The position numbers and the translations under genes were made by a program. Shown here one piece after another: positions 16,605 through 20,000 of a stretch of DNA of 20,000 bases. The DNA comes from an uncultured virus (IMG/VR IMGVR_UViG_3300008113_000139) (lineage: Duplodnaviria > Heunggongvirae > Uroviricota > Caudoviricetes): IMG/VR virus record IMGVR_UViG_3300008113_000139; one strand, given 5' to 3'. The notes below the pieces were generated by a model. The model had not been told where the DNA came from and searched no databases. It worked only from the letters and a program-made list of their open reading frames with translations. The stretch's first letter is position 1, and each line of letters begins with the position of its first letter.

Positions 16605-18261
16605 GTGGAAGAATTTTGGCAGTTATGGAAATAACGTCCAACGAATATCTTTCGACGAAAATCAAGGTAACTTCTATCTTGTCCTTGGAGGTAACGGAGC
16701 TGGAAAGTCAACGATGTCCGACGTTATCAAGTTTGGACTTTATGGAAAAGTAGACAATAAGAAACTTAGAGATCTTCCTAATCGTTTCAATAATTCACTG
16801 TCCGTTAAGATTGAAGTTGAAAAGAATCCTGGCACTGTCGCCGTCATAGAAAGAGGAATCGCGCCAAACTTCTTTCGTCTTTACATCAACGGAGCAGAAT
16901 ACGACCAAGCAGGCAAAAAGAACATGCAAGAATTTCTTGAAGAAGAAATCTTAGGAGTTCCCTACTATGTTTTCAACAACATGGTATCTTTGTCCATCAA
17001 TGACTTTAAGAGCTTCATAAACATGGGAGTTCACGACAAGAGAATGATCATCGATAGACTGTTTGGACTCGAGGTTCTCGGGGCTATTAAGTGGAAAGTT
17101 CGTTACCAAATCAAAGCCATGAAGGAGCAGATCGATATGATTGATACCGAGATATCCGTGATTGAACGCAATGTTACTTCTTCAACTCAAGAGTTAGAAA
17201 ATCTTAATGAAAAACTTAAGACAGCTGGTGAAGAAAAGAAAAAGGAACTCAATGAACGTATCGAAAAATTGAACGAGTTTATTAAGAGTGCCAACGATAA
17301 GATGAACCAAATTGCTGACAAGAGCAAAGAAGTTGATGACATGATGAAAGAATGGGAATCAGTGATCAGCGGTCATAAGACAGAAATACATGTGTGCACT
17401 GAGAAAATCAACCTTTATGAAAAAGGCAAATGTCCTACATGTGAAGCCGATCTTACAACCGACCACCACAAGTCAATGCTTCAAGATTACATAAACCGTG
17501 ACAAAGAATCGCGCGATGCAATCCAGCAAATTCGTATTAAAGTCGATGAACTTACCGCTCGTAGGCAGAAGATTAAGGAAGCGTACTCTGATCTAAGTAA
17601 TAAGAAAGTATCTGCTTCAACCCAGCTTAGCGCTTTCTCTGGAGAGCTGAATCGTCTCAACGAAAATAACGCAACTGATGAACAGACACAGTCTTTACAA
17701 AACATTATAGACGATAGTCTTGAAAAGAAAACTGAAGCTCTTCACAGAAAAACGTTGGAAGAAAAGAAAGCAAACTTCTACAAAATCATAGAAGACATAT
17801 TCGGCGATAAAGGTGTTAAGATATCTGCCCTAAAGAGAATCTTACCAGTTCTTAACGCAGAAATTCGCAAAGTGTTGGTAGATCTTAACATGGACTATCG
17901 TGTTTCTTTTAATGAAGAGTTTGAAGTGGACATCCAACATTTAGGATTCAAAGTAACTCCGGAACAATTAAGTACAGGAGAACGTAAGAAGGTTGACTTT
18001 GCTGCTCTCATAGCTCTTATCCGCTTAATGAAGACCAAGTTTGCTGGCTTAAACTTAATCTACTTGGATGAAATCTTTTCGTCGATCGATAGTGATGGGA
18101 TCTATCATATCCTCAAAGTATTGCATAAGACTTGCCGTGAACTTAACCTAAACATATTCGTAATCAATCACTCTCAACTTCCTACTGAAATTTTTGACTA
18201 TCGCGCAGAGATCAGCAAGAACAACGGCTTCTCAAACCTTACCATAGAAAAGATCGGGTGA
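16585..18261 (+). CDS. gp46: Rad50/SbcC-like recombination ATPase (T4 gp46-like)
   Basis: WKNFGSYG, Walker A GGNGAGKS, long coiled coil with zinc hook CPTC, signature LSTGE, Walker B LDEIFSSID, H-loop INH. Confidence 0.95.
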   Translation: MKIKTIEWKNFGSYGNNVQRISFDENQGNFYLVLGGNGAGKSTMSDVIKFGLYGKVDNKKLRDLPNRFNNSLSVKIEVEKNPGTVAVIERGIAPNFFRLYINGAEYDQAGKKNMQEFLEEEILGVPYYVFNNMVSLSINDFKSFINMGVHDKRMIIDRLFGLEVLGAIKWKVRYQIKAMKEQIDMIDTEISVIERNVTSSTQELENLNEKLKTAGEEKKKELNERIEKLNEFIKSANDKMNQIADKSKEVDDMMKEWESVISGHKTEIHVCTEKINLYEKGKCPTCEADLTTDHHKSMLQDYINRDKESRDAIQQIRIKVDELTARRQKIKEAYSDLSNKKVSASTQLSAFSGELNRLNENNATDEQTQSLQNIIDDSLEKKTEALHRKTLEEKKANFYKIIEDIFGDKGVKISALKRILPVLNAEIRKVLVDLNMDYRVSFNEEFEVDIQHLGFKVTPEQLSTGERKKVDFAALIALIRLMKTKFAGLNLIYLDEIFSSIDSDGIYHILKVLHKTCRELNLNIFVINHSQLPTEIFDYRAEISKNNGFSNLTIEKIG

Positions 18262-18267
18262 TATATA
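18260..18267 (+). promoter_or_regulatory. Putative late promoter (GATATATA) upstream of the structural gene
   Basis: Same octamer as 1143 and 5265, at the switch from replication to structural genes, 5 nt before the ATG. Confidence 0.55.
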
Positions 18268-18272
18268 GTTAA

Positions 18273-19916
18273 ATGGGACAATTCTTACATAAGTACAATA
18301 CGGACAATGTCCACACTCGAGCGGTGATCGTAGGTTTAATCAACCTGCTTAACTCCCGCATTCAGTACGAAAATGTCCTGTCAGATACTGTCGTAGAAAC
18401 TATAGGTGTTCCTTTCTTACCAAACATGGGCGGTGACGAAAGGTTCTTACAGGATTTCTTCACTCATTGGAATGATTGCAAACACCCAAGAATGGCCGAC
18501 GGCAACTACGATGTAATACCTCGTGGTGTTGTAACGCTGTCAAGTAATACCATCAATACAACTGCAATGACTCATAGGTTCGTCCGCGGATCTTATGTCA
18601 AAGAAGTAAACGGGGAACTGCAAAGATACAATGCTTTCTTGAACTCATTACCTCTTACGATGGACTTTGATATTGAGGTTGAGACAGACACTGTCATTGA
18701 TGCTTTCAAGATTCAGCAAGCAATCTTAGAAACTTTCTATAAAGTTCAGGTCTTTTCCGTGAGCTTCAAAGGATTCCGTGTTCCTTGTCAAGCAGGGTTC
18801 TCTGATGACTTGGGAATAGAAAAGACTTTTGAATTTACATACCAAGATGAGACTGCAGTTAAGTTTAAGTTTTCCATCTCGGTTGAAACATATTACCCGG
18901 TGACTGACCCGACCACCGAAAGACTTGACTCAAACCGTATGACTCGTATTGCAGCTCAGCCTTCAGAGGCTGGCAATGAAAGATCCGGTAGAAGACTGGT
19001 TCTTGACCAGAGATCACTGAACGCAGATTCAGATGGCATAGGTCTACGCATCTATCCAATCAAGGAAAAAAACACACCGCCTTACTACATAGAACTTACT
19101 TCCCCTTCAGCGGAAGACAATTTCTTTTCAACAGGAACAATACCTCTTACTTGGGTAAACACTGGTACCATAACCAATGTAAGCATATACTATCAAATTA
19201 AAGGAACCGAAGAATGGATTCCTATAGTACTTCACCTAAAGAACACGGGATTCTTTGAATGGGTAGTTCCTTTCTTTAACACAAACGGAGACCAGATAGA
19301 ATCTGACGGAATATCATCCAAGGTAATATCACCTTCGGGCATCGATGCAAGAGTTCGTGCTATCATAGACGCGGCAGGCGGAGTAGAAAACGTCGTAGTG
19401 TTTGAATCAGGTGAATCTTACAATAATGATGACAACATAGAAGTCACTGTGATACCACAACCTTTTGCCGAAACACCAACCGTCGTTGCCCCGCTAATTC
19501 AAGCAAGCGTGGACGGTGCTGGGAGTGTCATAGGTGCAAATATCGTTGAGCCAGGAAGCGGGTTCGCTGAATCTGTCACAACCAGCATTCTCATTAAAAT
19601 CGAAGATGATTTCAATACTGCTGTCTATGACGTTCTAACCAAAAATGGTACGTTCACAGGAGACATTGATAACACAACCATCATTGAAGATCAAAGTTAT
19701 ATAACTAATATCAATCCAACCGTTCAAGAGCTGGTTAGCACTGGATATCTAATCTTAGGATTAGGAGTAACAGGATACGGCATACCGAATGATACAACGG
19801 TGATTGACATAGACGAAGCTAACAATACGATTCAATTAAGTAATGTTGTGACGGAAAAAGAAACAAATGCAAAATTCCAACTGTCCCAGGTGGAAGCAAT
19901 CTTAAAGATCAGGTAG
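18273..19916 (+). CDS. gp15: Tail terminator/sheath stabiliser (T4 gp15-like) N-terminal domain fused to beta-rich C-terminal domains
   Basis: N-terminal ~215 aa with GVPF...ERFL, IPRGVVTL and PLTMDFDIEV...DAFKIQQAILETF resembles gp15. The C-terminal ~280 aa are T/V/I/G-rich with Ig-like and GxVxxxxxxxxGxxY/F structural motifs. Confidence 0.65.
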   Translation: MGQFLHKYNTDNVHTRAVIVGLINLLNSRIQYENVLSDTVVETIGVPFLPNMGGDERFLQDFFTHWNDCKHPRMADGNYDVIPRGVVTLSSNTINTTAMTHRFVRGSYVKEVNGELQRYNAFLNSLPLTMDFDIEVETDTVIDAFKIQQAILETFYKVQVFSVSFKGFRVPCQAGFSDDLGIEKTFEFTYQDETAVKFKFSISVETYYPVTDPTTERLDSNRMTRIAAQPSEAGNERSGRRLVLDQRSLNADSDGIGLRIYPIKEKNTPPYYIELTSPSAEDNFFSTGTIPLTWVNTGTITNVSIYYQIKGTEEWIPIVLHLKNTGFFEWVVPFFNTNGDQIESDGISSKVISPSGIDARVRAIIDAAGGVENVVVFESGESYNNDDNIEVTVIPQPFAETPTVVAPLIQASVDGAGSVIGANIVEPGSGFAESVTTSILIKIEDDFNTAVYDVLTKNGTFTGDIDNTTIIEDQSYITNINPTVQELVSTGYLILGLGVTGYGIPNDTTVIDIDEANNTIQLSNVVTEKETNAKFQLSQVEAILKIR

Positions 19917-19947
19917 GAAACCAGTGTTGGTTTTCCAAAAATGATTG

Positions 19948-19957
19948 GAATATATAG
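19948..19957 (+). promoter_or_regulatory. Putative late promoter variant (GAATATATAG)
   Basis: ATATATA core followed by an A-rich leader and ATG at 19983. Confidence 0.45.
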
Positions 19958-19982
19958 AATAGAAAAAATAATCTAACATAAA

Positions 19983-20000
19983 ATGTCAAAAAATCTCAAG
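19983..20000 (+). CDS. Start of next gene (MSKNLK...), truncated by window end
   Basis: ATG after an A-rich leader and late-promoter-like motif; only 6 codons visible. Confidence 0.4.

Noticed and set aside
50..19059. Other short minus-strand and nested ORFs in the track
   Set aside because: All overlap well-supported plus-strand genes and have no recognisable motifs.
19916..19936. Hairpin GGAAACCA-GTGT-TGGTTTTCC as a plus-strand terminator
   Set aside because: Imperfect, fairly weak stem followed by As rather than a T tract; not enough support.
1..20000. Alternative genetic code (TAG or TGA reassignment) as the cause of the broken genes
   Set aside because: Long conserved genes have no in-frame TAG/TGA. 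The three breaks are frame changes that read-through does not repair (the 5700 frame hits TAA six codons after the TAG).

Overview
Gene-dense, all plus-strand segment of a large T4-related (jumbo/huge-type) phage genome, read with the standard genetic code. It holds a core replication/recombination module: NAD-dependent DNA ligase (partial), type IIA topoisomerase large and medium subunits, a ClpP-like protease, gp45-like sliding clamp, a stand-alone C-terminal half of a family B DNA polymerase, UvsX/RecA, gp41 helicase and gp47/gp46 (Mre11/Rad50). A gp15-like tail terminator with extra domains follows. Two cassettes (about 1143-3393 and 5265-8269) interrupt the module, each opened by a GATATATA motif and closed by an intrinsic terminator. 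Nine of their ten genes encode otherwise unrelated proteins that start with a conserved ~13-aa leader (consensus MKHIxTFExFxNE, truncated in one gene). It resembles the T4 internal-protein capsid-targeting sequence and is conserved at protein level (only synonymous changes among the three identical copies). Three genes (5700 leader gene, helicase, gp47) carry apparent deletion/frameshift junctions, which may be assembly errors. All family assignments come from motif recognition by eye; no database searches were run.
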